A stretch of DNA of 64,000 nucleotides from contig NC_091288.1 in assembly GCF_032444005.1 (NCBI RefSeq), positions 8,556,001 through 8,620,000 of the forward strand. The letters run 5' to 3'. The notes under the pieces were generated by a model. The model worked only from the letters and a program-made list of their open reading frames with translations. It did not search any database and was not told the DNA's origin. Positions 24,245 to 37,606 of this stretch are shown one piece after another. The DNA comes from Ranitomeya imitator (taxonomy: Eukaryota). Every line of letters starts with the position of its first letter. Position 1 is the stretch's first letter. Both the position numbers and the translations under genes were made by a program.

Positions 24245-24533
24245 GGCTGTGCTAGATATACCACTGTGCGGGCTGTGCTGGATATACCACTGTGCAGGCT
24301 GTGCTGGATATACCACTGTGCGGGCTGTGCTGCATATACCACTGTGCAGGCTGTGCTGGATATACCACTGTGCGGGCTGTGCTGTATATACCACTGTGCG
24401 GGCTGTGCTGGATATACCACTGTGCGGGCTGTGCTGGATATACCACTGTGCGGGCTGTGCTGTATATACCACTGTGCGGGCTGTGCTGGCTATACCACTG
24501 TGCGGGCTGTGCTGGATATACCACTGTGCGGGC
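24245..24533. repeat. 26-bp tandem repeat, left block
   Basis: Unit CCACTGTGCGGGCTGTGCTGGATATA. Confidence 0.95.
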
Positions 24534-26320
24534 TGTTATGGACCTGGTGGTTAGGAGCACCCGGAACGACCTGATGGTTAAACTCACACAGGACAAGCTC
24601 TGGGAAGTGGGAGCTCTGCTGACCGCAACCCCTAATCCTATCACACAACTAGAAATAGCCGTGGAGCGTACCTAACACGACCTAGACGCCTCTTCACAGC
24701 CTAAGAGCTAACTAGCCCTAAAGATAGAAAATAAAGCCTACCTTGCCTCAGAGAAATTCCCCAAAGGAAAAGGCAGCCCCCCACATATATTGACTGTGAG
24801 TTAAGATGAAAGTCACAAACACAGAAATGAAACATGTTTCAGCAAAGGGAGGCCCGACTTACTAAACAGTTTGAGGATAGGAAAGGTATCTTTGCGGTCA
24901 GCACAAAAAACTACAAAGACCACGCAGAGTGTGCAAAAAGACCTCCGCACCGACTCACGGTGCGGAGGTGCCACTCTGCATCCCAGAGCTTCCAGCTAGC
25001 AAGGCAAAATCATGATAGCCAACTGGACAAGGAAACAATGAACAAATAATAACTAGCAGGGACATAGCTTCTGCTGGAGTAGACAGGTCACCAGAAAGAT
25101 CCAAGAGCGAACTGAACCAGTACAAGAACATTGACAGCTGGCATGGAGTAACGATCTGAGTGGAGTTAAATAGAACAGCCAGCCAAAGACTAAACTACGT
25201 CACCTGTGGAAGGAACCTCAGAAGCAGCAGCTCCACTCACAGCCACCAGAGGGAGTCCATGAACAGAACTCGCCGAAGTACCATTCATGACCACATGTAA
25301 GGATTCCGGACTTCCCTTGTTCCTGTTCGCCCTGATCCAAGATGGAGTCTTGGATCTCACCCTGTCATGGAACTTCCTGTCAGTCTTGATTATTTAAGTC
25401 TGAGCCATGTGGTGTTCTGTGCTTCAGTATTTTGTGCTGCTGGCTCCTGAGCTTCTGCCTGTGGTCTGGGGATCTCCCTGCTTCAGCTGCCTCGTCTCTT
25501 TGAGCTGTGTCTCACTTCTGTTACTGCTGCGACTGGCAGCACACCTTTGGAAGGATTTCCCTTGTTTGCTAAGCCTTTCCCAGTGTTGTGCCTCTTTGCA
25601 CTACCACACCAGGTGAGCAAGTTTCCAGTGTTGCTTATCTCACCAAGAGTGTTGTACTCATCTACTACGCTTAGATAGCGTTCTCTCTCTTTTTCCCTTA
25701 ATCCTCTTTCACCAGGACTTCATGCTCAATGCACCACCTGCTTATTATTGAACTTCCACAAACTAGTGCTGTGCGCACGTGGGATCAAGTTTTGCTGGAC
25801 GTCCTCGTTAAGTACTGTGTGCATTTCTACTTCACTTCTGCTGGATCCTCACGTTTAAGTTCTGAGTGCATTTCCACTAATAATCTACTGGACTTCCTTG
25901 TCAAGTGTCTTGTTTGCTCCCTCGTCACATCCTTGCTGGACTGGTTCATATAAGCGGTCGCGTCCCGCTATTCACTGTGCGGTGATTACCATATTGTGCT
26001 GAGCACGTCGTTACAATTGCAGGAATATCTGTGTTAGTTCTGTTTGCTTTTCTGTTTACCATATTGTGCTGAGCACCTCGTTTCAATTGCAGGAATATCT
26101 GTGTTAGCTTTGTTTGCTTTTCTGTTTACCATATTGTGCTGAGCACCTCGTTTCAATGGCAGGAATATCTGTGTTAGCTTTGTTTGCTTTTCTGTTTTGT
26201 TTAAATACATCTTTTACTGCAGCTTTGCTCTCAGACTGGTTTTATCCCACGCTATCAGATTCCTTAGTACCTATATATTGTTACACCACAGGAGGGAGTT
26301 CGAAAACAGAATTCACAACA
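24534..26320 (-). mobile_element. Solo LTR A (about 792 bp net), related to the 4369 chromovirus LTR, interrupted by LTR B
   Basis: Minus-strand start TGTTGTGAATTCTGTTTT resembles TGTTGTGGATTCTGTTTT; same TATTTAA box (25166-25172); duplication GCGGGC (24528-24533 / 26321-26326). Confidence 0.85.
25296..26285. mobile_element. Solo LTR B (990 bp) nested in LTR A, with an internal 3 x 70-bp repeat
   Basis: TGTAA...TTACA termini; exact 5-bp TSD CCACA (25291-25295 / 26286-26290); 70-bp units start at 25986, 26056 and 26126. Confidence 0.88.
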
Positions 26321-27250
26321 GCGGGCTGTGCTGGATATACCACTGTGCGGGCTGTGCTGGATATACCACTGTGCGGGCTGTGCTGGATATACCACTGTGC
26401 GGGCTGTGCTGGATATACCACTGTGCGGGCTGTGCTGTATATACCACTGTGCGGGCTGTGCTGTATATACCACTGTGCGGGCTGTGCTGGATATACCACT
26501 GTGCGGGCTGTGCTGGATATACCACTGTGCGGGCTGTGCTGTATATACCACTGTGCGGGCTGTGCTGGATATACCACTGTGCGGGCTGTGCTGTATATAC
26601 CACTGTGCGGGCTGTACTGGATATACCACTGTGCGGGCTGTGCTGGATATACCACTGTGTGGCCTGTGCTGGATATACCACTGTGCATGCTGTGCTGTAT
26701 ATACCACTGTGCATGCTGTGCTGGATATACCACTGTGCGGGCTGTGCTGGATATAGCACTGTGCGGGCTGTGCTGGATATACCACTGTGCGGGCTGTGCT
26801 GGATATACCACTGTGCGGGCTGTGCTGGATATACCACTGTGCGGGCTGTGCTGGATATAGCACTGTGCGGGCTGTGCTGTATATACCACTGTGCGGGCTG
26901 TGCTGGATATAGCACTGTGCGGGCTGTGCTGTATATACCACTGTGCGGGCTGTGCTGTATATACCACTGTGCGGGCTGTGCTGGATATAGCACTGTGCGG
27001 GCTGTGCTGTATATACCACTGTGCGGGCTGTGCTGGATATACCACTGTGCGGGCTGTGCTGAATATACCACTGTGCGGGCTGTGCTGGATATAGCACTGT
27101 GCGGGCTGTGCTGTATATACCACTGTGCGGGCTGTGCTGGATATACCACTGTGCGGGCTGTGCTGAATATACCACTGTGCGGGCTGTGCTGGATATACTA
27201 CTGTGCGGACTGTGCTGTATATACTACTGTGTGGGCTGTGCTGTATACTG
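26321..27250. repeat. 26-bp tandem repeat, right block, degrading into low-complexity repeats to about 28020
   Basis: Same unit as 24245-24533. Confidence 0.95.
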
Positions 27251-29420
27251 CTGTGTGGGCTGTGTTATCTACTATGCGGGCTGTGCTATATACTCTGTGG
27301 GCTTTGCTATATACTATGGGGAGTATATTATCTTCTATGGGGAGGCCATGTTATGTACTATGTGGCTGTGGTATATACTGTTGTGGGGGTATATTATATT
27401 CTATGGGGGAGGTTGGGTTATATACTATATTATGGGGAGGTGGGCTGTATTATATTCTATGGGGTTACATTATACTCTGTGGGGTGGCTGCATTATACTC
27501 TGTGGGGTGGCTGCATTATACTGTGGGGTGGCTGCATTATACTCTGTGGTTGCCGCATTATATTCTGTAGGGTGGTGGCTGCATTATACTATATGTGGGC
27601 TGCATTATACTGTATCGAGGACTATGGGGAATACATTATACTATATGAAGAACTATGGGGTGCATTATACTATGGGAAGTGAATTGTACTACATGGATGA
27701 CTATGGCGGTGCATTATACTATATGGAGCACTATGAGGAGTGTATTATACTATATGGAGGACTATGCAGAGTGTATTATACTATGTGGAGGACTGAGCAG
27801 TGTATTTTAATATATGGAGGACTATAGGGAGTGTATTATACTATATAGAGGACTGAGCAGTGTATTTTAATATATGGAGGACTATAGGGGGTGTATTATA
27901 CTATATGGAGGACTGAGCAGTGCATTTTAATATATGGAGGACTATAGGGAGTGTATTATACTATATGGAGGACTGTGGTGCACATTATAATATATGGAGG
28001 ACTATGGGATGTATTTTACTAAACAAGTAAAATGCTGCATATTCATATTGTTTTTGCCGGAACAAAAATCCTTGTTCATCAGCACATCGCCGGTGTAAAC
28101 TGTAGTTGTTCTGCTGATAACATGATACTGTATGGTGATCTGTTAGTGATCTATTAGTGATCGCTCTGTCCCATCATTATTCCTCAGCTGGTGGAAAGAG
28201 GCCGGGAAACAAGTGTTGACCAACTTCAGTATTGTCGATCAAACTCATTTAGCGGCCTGAGATCAGCGCATGTAAATACAACCGAAATGCTTCTGTGTGA
28301 TGTGCAATATGTTAGCATTTGGGGCCCCATTTTAAACTTTGCCTAAAACCGTCCCTGCCTACAAGTGTACAAAGATATTATACAGTCACCATGTGACAAG
28401 TGGCCTGTGTAACTTCAAATGCCGGGGCTGAATCTTAGTCCCAGTCCGGCCCTGGCAACTTGTAGTTATGAAAAAATGTTGTAGTTTTTTAGACTTGGCT
28501 GTTTTTTAACAATACTGACTAGCTCCACCAACTCACGGTGCACTTGGATCGGGAGGGGCGTAGTCAGGGGCACGGAACCGACTCAGAAGTGACATAAATG
28601 AAGACAGAAGTGTCAGTGTTTGACTACGTATCTTGTGGAGGTGCACGTCCTTCATCAAAACTAGAGGACAAAACGCAAAACTGGATGATTCAGGGCCTTA
28701 GACTTCACCATCTTAAAATTAGACGGATGTGTCCGGCATCAGTCACTTTGATTAATTTGGTGGATAATCCGACTGCTGAGAATCACACAGAATTGATAAA
28801 TCTGCAGCAATGTATCAGCTCTCTCATTACATCACCCTCAGCCGCGTGCACCAGGGTCCCGAATGGTGAATCTTCCTAATCAGAGGATTAAAGACATGTA
28901 AGGAAGGCTGGACGACATCCACTGCAGAGAGAAGAAATCACTGTTGTATTGGTTGTCATCCAACTTTCCCAAAAAGGGACAAACTAAGAAATGATGCAAT
29001 GAACAGATCATTTTGACAGGATTTCTTTTCCTGGGATTTTCTACTGGGAGAGAAGCTCTTTCACTGGTGGCGCTGGAGTGACAGGAGCTGATCCGTCTCT
29101 TGGACGAGGCTTGTTAGCACCCGTCACCTGCAGCACCTGGGCTCTGGTTACTGGGATTGTTATTCCTGCATGGTGGATCTATTGGAGCATGGAGGACCCT
29201 CCTCACCGGAGCCCATTGTTTGCAGGAGAGGCTTTGGTGATAAATGTGCCATGACGCCTCTTATATTCTGCAGCAATAAGTAATGAGGTGAGAATAATCC
29301 AGAGACATTAAAAAATGGATTTTGCTCCTGTCTAGAAGGTGATTTTTTGGCTGCCAGATGTCACATTGTGCTGCTACCTGGGAGTCCTCGGTGCTATGCT
29401 CGGGAAGCGGAGAGGATGCA

Positions 29421-29870
29421 CCTAAAGGAACCGTCACACTCAGCGGCGCTGCAGCGATATAGACAACGAGCCGATCGCTGGAGCGTCGCTGTTTAGGTCG
29501 TTGTAGAGACGTCAAACACAGCAGCTCCAGAACGATGCAGGAGCGATCCAGTGACGTAACGGCGACTCACTTATCGTACTCGCTGGTTGTTAGCTCCATG
29601 TCACACAGCCGGAGTGTACCGGTCCGACACACATCTTGGGGCCCTATGCTCGTTGCTGGCGTCGTTGCTTTTTATGTCAAACATGACGATACACGCCGAC
29701 CTGGCGACGAAATAAAGTTCTGGACTTCTAGCTCCGACCAGCGATGGCACAGCGGAATCCTGATCGCTGCTGCGTGTCAAACACAACGAGATCGCTATCC
29801 AGATCGCTGCAACGTCACGGATTGTTGTCGTTCTCTTTGAAAAGCTGCTGAGTGAGACGGTACCTTTAGA
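29421..29870. mobile_element. MITE with terminal inverted repeats (Harbinger-like)
   Basis: CTAAAGGAACCGTCACACT / AGTGAGACGGTACCTTTAG ends; TSD ambiguous. Confidence 0.65.
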
Positions 29871-30794
29871 ATGGTGTATGAAAAGCTAGTCTCCATACCG
29901 TTCCTCACCATTCAACGCCAAGACACCTGCTTGCTGTCAAAGAATGGGTACAATCTGTTTATACAGACCTGATCCTCCGCTCCTGGTCTGTGACTATTGT
30001 ATCCAGTGTAGACCATCCTCTGTGAGCTAAACAGATCCCAATGGATACATTACCTGTCCTCACACATTGTAACAACTGTCGGCCGTCATAGAGTAAGGGA
30101 CCCTCGTATGATTCCATATACCCTAATGATGTCAGGATAGCGCTGTGGAAGATAATGGCGCCATAGAGCGAGGAAAATAAAGCGAACCTAAACTGCGCCC
30201 AACCACAGCGGCCGATGGCTGCACAATTGTGAGGGAACATTACAGCAGCCGCAAATACTGGGACTAATACCCCAATAACTTTATATCAGCTCCTTATACA
30301 CAAAGTGGAAACCTGAGGAGGAAACAGTCCGGGGTCAGACAAGATGGACGCAGGATGCTCTGCTGAGTACAAGCCATGAGGTCCAGCACCATCAGTTCAC
30401 ATTGGTCTGCATGGGAGCTGTGAACACAAAATGATAGGAGACTTGATCGAGGCTGAATGTAAAGTTGTTTTTTATTTTTTTATTTTAGATGACTGGAGAC
30501 TGAGAAGAAATAATTGACAATATCTTTACACCCTGTATTATATAATGACGGGACTCCCTGAATCTGGAGAACTTACAGTCTTCGGAGTTTAGCCGTCTGG
30601 AAAACTGCAGGACAAACCACAAGTCTGCTGATGTCCTGGTCCCAGTAACGTGTCCCGACTGGTCAGGTCACCAGTTTGAGAAGCTAAGCACAAGAAATTA
30701 CCCTCTGGGGCTAGTGTTTCCAATAAATTGTGGGATCCCTTGTTATTAGCTGTGAAAAGTTATTCATGAATGAAACCTTAGAATCTAATCCAGT

Positions 30795-32765
30795 TCAGCT
30801 CTGCTACATGTCACAGCCCAGCTCTGCTGCACATCACAGCCCAGCTCTGCTACACGTCACAGCCCAGCTCTGCTACACGTCACAGCACAGCTCTGCTAGA
30901 TGTCACAGCCCACCTCTGCTACGCGTCACAGCCCAGCTCTGCTACACGTCACAGCCCACCTCTGCTACACGTCACAGCCCAGCTCTGCTACACGTCACAG
31001 CCCAGCTCTGCTACATGTCACAGCCCACCTCTGCTACGCGTCACAGCCCAGCTCTGCTGCACATCACAGCCCAGCTCTGCTGCACATCACAGCCCAGCTC
31101 TGCTGCACGTCACAGCTCAGCTCTGCTGCACGTCACAGCCCAGCTCTGCTACACGTCACAGCCCAGCTCTGCTACACGTCACAGCCCAGCTCTGCTACAT
31201 GTCACAGCACAGCTCTGCTAGATGTCACAGCCCATCTCTGCTACGCGTCACAGCCCAGCTCTGCTACACGTCACAGCCCAGCTTTGCTACACGTCACAGC
31301 ACAGCTCTGCTAGATGTCACAGCCCAGCTCTGCTACACGTCACAGGCCAGCTCTGTAACACGTCACAGCCCAGCTCTGCTATGCGTCACAGCCCAGCTCT
31401 GATACCGTCACAGGCCAGCTCTGATACCGTCACAGGCCAGCTCTGCAACACGTCACAGCCCACCTCTGCTACACGTCACAGCCCAGCTCTGCTACACGTC
31501 ACAGCCCAGCTCTGATACGTGTCACAGCCCAGCTCTGCTACACGTCACAGCCCAGCTCTGCTATACGTCACATCCCAGCTCTGCTACACATCACAGCCCA
31601 GCTCTGCTACATGTCACAGCCCAGCTCTGCTACACGTCACAGCCCAGCTCTGCTACACATCACAGCCCAGCTCTGCTACACGTCACAGCCCAGCTTTGCT
31701 ACACGTCACAGCACAGCTCTGCTAGATGTCACAGCCCACCTCTGCTACGTGTCACAGCCCAGCTCTGCTACACGTCACAGCCCAGCTCTGCTATGCGTCA
31801 CAGCCCAGCTCTGCTATGCGTCACAGCCCAGCTCTGATACCGTCACAGGCCAGCTCTGCAACACGTCACAGCCCAGCTCTGATACACGTCACAGCCCAGC
31901 TCTGATACACGTCACAGCCCAGCTCTGCTACACGTCACAACCCAGCTCTGCTACACGTCACAGCCCAGCTCTGATACACGTCACAGCCCAGCTCTGATAC
32001 ACGTCACAGCCCAGCTCTGATACACGTCACAGCCCAGCTCTGATACACGTCACAGCCCAGCTCTGCTACACGTCACAACCCAGCTCTGCTACATGTCACA
32101 GCCCAGCTCTGATACACGTCACAGCCCAGCTCTGCTACACGTCACAGCCCAGCTCTGCTACACGTCACAGCCCAGCTCTGCTACATGTCACAGCCCAGCT
32201 CTGATACACGTCACAGCCCAGCTCTGCTACACGTCACAGCCCAGCTCTGCTACACGTCACAGCCCAGCTCTGCTACATGTCGCAGCCCAACTCAGCTACA
32301 TGTCGCAGCCCAGCTCTGCTACATGTCGCAGCCCTACTCAGCTACATATCACAGCCCAGCTCAGCTACATATCACAGCCCAGCTCTGCTACATATCGCAG
32401 CCCAGCTCTGCTACATGTCACAGCCCAGCTCTGCTACACGTCACAGTCCAGCTCTGCTACACGTCACAGCCCAGCTCTGCTACACGTCACAGCCCAGCTC
32501 TGCTACAAGTTACAGCCCAGCTCTGCTGCATGTCACAGCCCAGCTCTGGTACACATAACAGTCCAGCTCTGCTACATATCACAGCCCAGCTCTGCTATAT
32601 GCCACAGCCCAGCTCTGCTACACGTCACAGCACAGCTCTGCTACATGTCACAGCCCAGCTCTGCTACATGTCACAGCCCAGCTCTGCTACATGTCACTGC
32701 CCAGCTCTGCTTCATGTCACAGCCCAGCTCTGCTTCATGTCACAGCCAAGTTCTGCTACATGTTG
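30795..32765. repeat. 23-bp tandem repeat (CACGTCACAGCCCAGCTCTGCTA), about 85 copies
   Basis: Unit read directly; 23-aa periodic ORFs. Confidence 0.95.
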
Positions 32766-33039
32766 TTACCTCAGTGACCGCAGCCGAGGCTGGAGATGCC
32801 GGGATTTCTGCTCATGGCTCAGACTCCAGACTGAATAATCCAGAAGTTTTGAAAAATTAGTTTCCATGTTTTCAATATTTGCAAATCTCATTCCCGTGAT
32901 TTTCATTATTCCACAACTTTTCTTTATTGGTGCTGTAATCTCAGTGTTGAGAGAATTGGAGTCCCCCTCCTCTTCTTCTTGTACACCGCCCCTATTGGAC
33001 AATCAGTAGATTTGGGTTCCAGTACCATCCATATGCTGA

Positions 33040-33599
33040 TGACATCAAATTATACACATGGTCTCCTGACATAAGGCCTGCATTGTTACAGAAGACCCAT
33101 GATTGTCTTTCCACCATCTCCAAAATCATGTCCTCCTTCTATCTGAAACTGATCCTGTCAAAAACTGAATCTTGTGTTTCCTCCCTCTACTAACCTTCCT
33201 ATGTCTGACATTGCCATCTCCGTGTGCGGTTCCACAATTACTCCCCAGCAGCCCAGCAGCATGCCCGCTGTCTTGGGGTCATACTTGATTCCGAGCTTTC
33301 ATTAACCCCCCCACATCCAATCACTGGCCCGTTCTTCTTATCTGCATCTCAAAAACATTTCTACAATTCGCCCTTTTCTTACTTTCGACTTTGCAAAAAC
33401 TCTTACTGTTTCTCTTTACTCATTCTCGTCTGGACTATTGTAACTCTCTACTAATCGGCCTCCCTCTTACCAAACTCTCCCCGCTCCAATCTGTCCTGAA
33501 TGCTGCAGCCAGGATCATATTCCTCACCAACCGTTACACCGATGCCTCCACCCTGTGCCAGTCATTACACTGGTTACCCATCCACTCCAGAATCCAGTA
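33040..33599 (+). mobile_element. Decayed L2 LINE ORF2 fragment
   Basis: SRLDYCNSLL..LQSVLNAAARII..LHWLP motifs typical of the L2/CR1 ORF2 C-terminus. Confidence 0.85.
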
Positions 33600-33609
33600 T
33601 GATGCTGAC

Positions 33610-35112
33610 AGTCGGGGAACAGGATAATGACGCTGACACTTGAGGTACAGGATAATGATGCTGACACTTGGGGTACAGGATAATGACACTGACACTGGGG
33701 GTACAGGATAATGACACTGACAATAGGGGTACAGGATAATGAAACTCGGTACAGGATAATGACACTGACACTCGGGTTACAGGATAATGACACTGACACT
33801 CGGGGTACAGGATAATGATGCTGACACTCGGGGTACAGGGTAATGACACCGACACTGGGGGTACAGGATAATGACACTGACACTCGGGGTACAGGATAGT
33901 GACGCTGACACTCGGGGTACAGGATAATGACGCTGACACTCGGGGTACAGGGTAATGACACCGACACTGGGGGTACAGGATAATGACGCTGACACTGGGG
34001 GTACAGGATAATGACACTGACACTCGGGGTACAGGATAATGACACTGACACTTGGGGTACAGGATAATGACGCTGACACTCGGGGTACAGGATAATGACA
34101 CTGACACTGGGGGTACAGGATAATGACACTGACACTCGGGGTACAGGATCATGACACTCTGGGTACAGGATAATGACGCTTACACTCTGGGTACAGGATA
34201 ATGACACTGACATTCGGGGTACAGGATAATGACACTGACACTCGGGGTACAGGATAATGACACTCGGGGTACAGGATAATGATGGTGACACTTGAGGTAC
34301 AGGATAATGACACTGAGACTCGGGGTACAGGATAATGGCACTAACACTGGGGGTACAGGATAATGACACTGACACTCAGGGTACAGGATAATGACACTGA
34401 CATTGGGGGTACAGGATAATGACACTGACACTGGGGTACAGGATAATGATACACTTACACTCGGGGTACAGGATAATGACACTGACACTCGGGGTACAGG
34501 ATAATGACACTGACACTGGGGGTACAGGATAATGATGCTGACACTTGGGGTACAGGATAATGACACTGACACTCGGGGTACAGGATAATGACACTGACAC
34601 TGGGGGTACAGGATAATGACACTGACACTGGGGGTACAGGATAATGACACTGACACTGGGGGTACAGGATAATGACACTGACACTCGGGGTACAGGATAA
34701 TGACACTGACACTGGGGGTACAGGATAATGACACTGACACTCGGGGTACAGGATAATGACGCTGACACTCGGGGTTCAGGATAATGACGCTGACACTGGG
34801 GGTACAGGATAATGACACTGACACTGGGGGTACAGGATAATGACACTGACACTCGGGGTACAGGATAATGACGCTGGCACTCAGGGTACAGGATAATGAC
34901 GCTGACACTGGGGGTACAGGATAATGATGCTGACACTTGGGGTACAGGATAATGACACTGACACGGGGGGTACAGGATAATGACACTGACACTCGGGGTA
35001 CAGGATAATGACGCTGACACTGGGGGTACAGGATAATGACACTGACACTGGGGGTACAGGATAATGACACTGACACTCGGGGTACAGGATAATGACGCTG
35101 GCACTCAGGGTA
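33610..35112. repeat. 28-bp tandem repeat (GGGGTACAGGATAATGACACTGACACTC), about 54 copies
   Basis: Unit read directly; 28-aa periodic ORFs. Confidence 0.95.
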
Positions 35113-35712
35113 CGCGCTGAGGATTTTTGTCTTTGTCTCCCCATGCTTGGAGCGATGGGGGGCTTGTCATGGGACCCTCCTTGGACCCCCTACTGATATT
35201 ACATTGGGTCACATTAGGAGCAGTGGTGGGGGGGCTATATACGGGTTGGGGTCTGAGCTCAGGTATTTGCCTCTTCTCACTTCGCGGCCTTTTAAGGAGA
35301 AGACGATTGAAGAACATTCCAAGAATTTTACTGGAAATATTGCTGCGACTGCAGCTGTGTACATGGAGAAGACGAGAGACGCATTGTGCCCTGTGCTGTG
35401 CACCAAGAGCAGAGGTGACACTGCAGGTAGGGAAACGCAGAATAAATCTTTATTGGAAAAAAATACTTATTTTTTTCAATATCACAAGGTTTTCAAGATC
35501 TCTGCTTGCTGCTCAGAAGGTCAAACATGGACAGTATGTTTATATCTAAACCTTATGTAGTCATTTTATAAAGTCTACAATCCGCTAACAGCTAAATACA
35601 TCAACAGCATCTGGTGGACGATGAACAATGGAAATAAAAGATACAAAACGTACTGAACATTTATTGTTTGTGGATTAAATCAGTTCTCCAGAATCACAAT
35701 AAACAGAAGACT

Positions 35713-36331
35713 GAGTGCAGCTCTGGAGTATAATACAGGATGTAACTCAGGATCAGTAATGTAATGTATGTACACAGTGACTGCACCAGCAGAATAGTGA
35801 GTGCAGCTCTGGAGTATAATACAGGATGTAACTCGGGATTAGTAATGTAATGTATGTACACAGTGACTGCACCAGCAGAATAGTGAGTGCAGCTCTGGAG
35901 TATAATACAGGATGTAACTCGGGATTAGTAATGTAATGTATTTACACAGTGACTGCACCAGCAGAATAGTGAGTGCAGCTTTTGGGGTATAATACAGGAT
36001 GTAACGCAGGATCAGTAATGTAATGTATGTACACAGTGACTGCACCAGCAGAATAGTGAGTGCAGCTCTGGGGTATAATACAGGATGTAACTCAGGATCA
36101 GTAATGTAATGTATGTACACAGTGACTGCACCAGCAGAATAGTGAGTGCAGCTCTGGAGTATAATACAGGATGTAACTCAGGATCAGTAATGTAATGTAT
36201 GTACACAGTGACTGCACCAGCAGAATAGTGAGTGCAGCTCTGGAGTATAATACAGGATGTAACTCAGGATCAGTAATGTAATGTATGTACACAGTGACTG
36301 CACCAGCAGAATAGTGAGTGCAGCTCTGGGG
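35713..36331 (-). repeat. 86-bp satellite, about 7 copies, inverted relative to 55195-57400
   Basis: Reverse complement of the 55.2-57.4 kb unit; 86-bp ORF spacing (36012, 36098). Confidence 0.95.
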
Positions 36332-37433
36332 TTTAGTACAATATAAGTAGTTTACAGTTACTTTACTGTTTGTTCAGACGACATTGCTGTTGTTGGCACT
36401 ATATTGGTATCAATAGACAACTCTCTTTTTGATCTACAGTGATGACTGTGACTTTCGCCCTGACGATCTCAGTGTTCCCAATGGGGTCAGATTAGTCTTC
36501 CTCGTGAACAGAATGTGGACATAATCTCGGAGATCTGTCTTTATCTATAAGACGTTGGCTGTATGTATGGTTTCGCGTCTCAGCCCTCTTGAAACTAATG
36601 TTCCCTGATTGTTCCCATTTGAGGGTCTGGAGTGGTCCACATAAATCGGTTTATACCAAAACAAAAAAAGGAGAGAGCGCGACCATTTGTTAGGACTTAA
36701 GAGTGACAGAAATCTCCAACAGCTTCCAACTGTGTGATGAACCCAAAAAAGGGGCTTGAATTGGCGTCACGTTTCGCCGAGGCTTAGCCACGGACACACA
36801 CGTCGCTGCGATGAATGGTGTCTACAATGGACGCTTTGGCGAGAACAATGGCTTCTGTAAGCAAAACAACGGAGAACTTGGCTTGCAAGAGAAAACGTGG
36901 AAATCCTGATAATGGGAGAATGCTATCGCCCCCAGTCACTTCTCCAAAGAGAATGGAGTTACTGCTTAATTTGACATTGTGGGATTCTGCTTCCACATTC
37001 TGTATGCTGATCCCCGCAGCCACCCTGAGCGAGGGCAGTGATGCCGAAAACTGTGAAATGGTCACTGAGCAAAGTTAAAGCGGACCCTTCTCCCCCCAAC
37101 GGGGACAAGACATCCCGGAGAACAAAGAAGTCACCCTACATACAAGGTAGAAACAGTTACTGCAATTTATGGGCCAGAGATCAACTGGAAGACACGGAGG
37201 ACAAGGAAATTCATCGAAAGGTCCAGAATAACAGTATCAGTTATCAGCAAGGTGGGAACCCACAATCACAAGGGATCTGTGAGCTCAATGCCAGGCGGCA
37301 GCTGTGAGAGCAGATAAAATCTTAGGCTCCTGGATAAAACCCTTTGAATGTAATGAAATATGGACGTTTCCAATCACTTGAGTCCATTTCTAGAATATGG
37401 GGCACCAGGAGCAGAAGGAGTCTTCTTGGCGCC

Positions 37434-37606
37434 AAGTGGCGTAACTTGAAGCTCATGAGCCTCAATGCAAAAGCACCAATGGAGCCCTAATTATTGCAAG
37501 TCTTTAGTAATGGTCATTTCATATGGGCCAAAGAACCTTATGGGCCCCCGAGGCTCCAGGGCCGGGTGCGATTGCAATCTTTGCACCGATCATAGTTATG
37601 CCCTTG
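37434..37606. mobile_element. Small hAT-type MITE
   Basis: AAGTGGCGTAACT / AGTTATGCCCTTG ends; 8-bp TSD TTGGCGCC / TTGGTGCC (7/8). Confidence 0.55.

Larger units (their letters stand above)
23851..28454. mobile_element. Non-autonomous hAT element carrying tandem arrays and nested LTRs
   Basis: Perfect 14-bp TIR CAGGGCCGGACTGG / CCAGTCCGGCCCTG; 8-bp TSD GCAACTGG / GCAACTTG (7/8). Confidence 0.85.
23788..28697. mobile_element. About 300-bp Harbinger-like MITE split by a 4.6-kb hAT insertion
   Basis: GGCCCTGATTAATGAAG (23788) versus the reverse complement of the right end GGCCCTGAATCATCCAG (28697), 13/17 match; flanks ATA / TTA. Confidence 0.55.

Noticed and set aside
19168-35144. Periodic ORFs from the 69-, 26-, 23- and 28-bp arrays
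   Set aside because: Each matches the DNA unit length and appears in several frames and strands.
35297-35426. Plus-strand AG/GT-bounded 130-bp segment with two open frames
   Set aside because: No partner exons or recognisable protein; insufficient to call.
36565-36800. Two GAAAC-containing minus-strand segments resembling decayed hammerheads (36565-36595, 36763-36800)
   Set aside because: CUGANGA is absent or doubly mutated, stem II is broken and there is no valid NUH; at most remnants.
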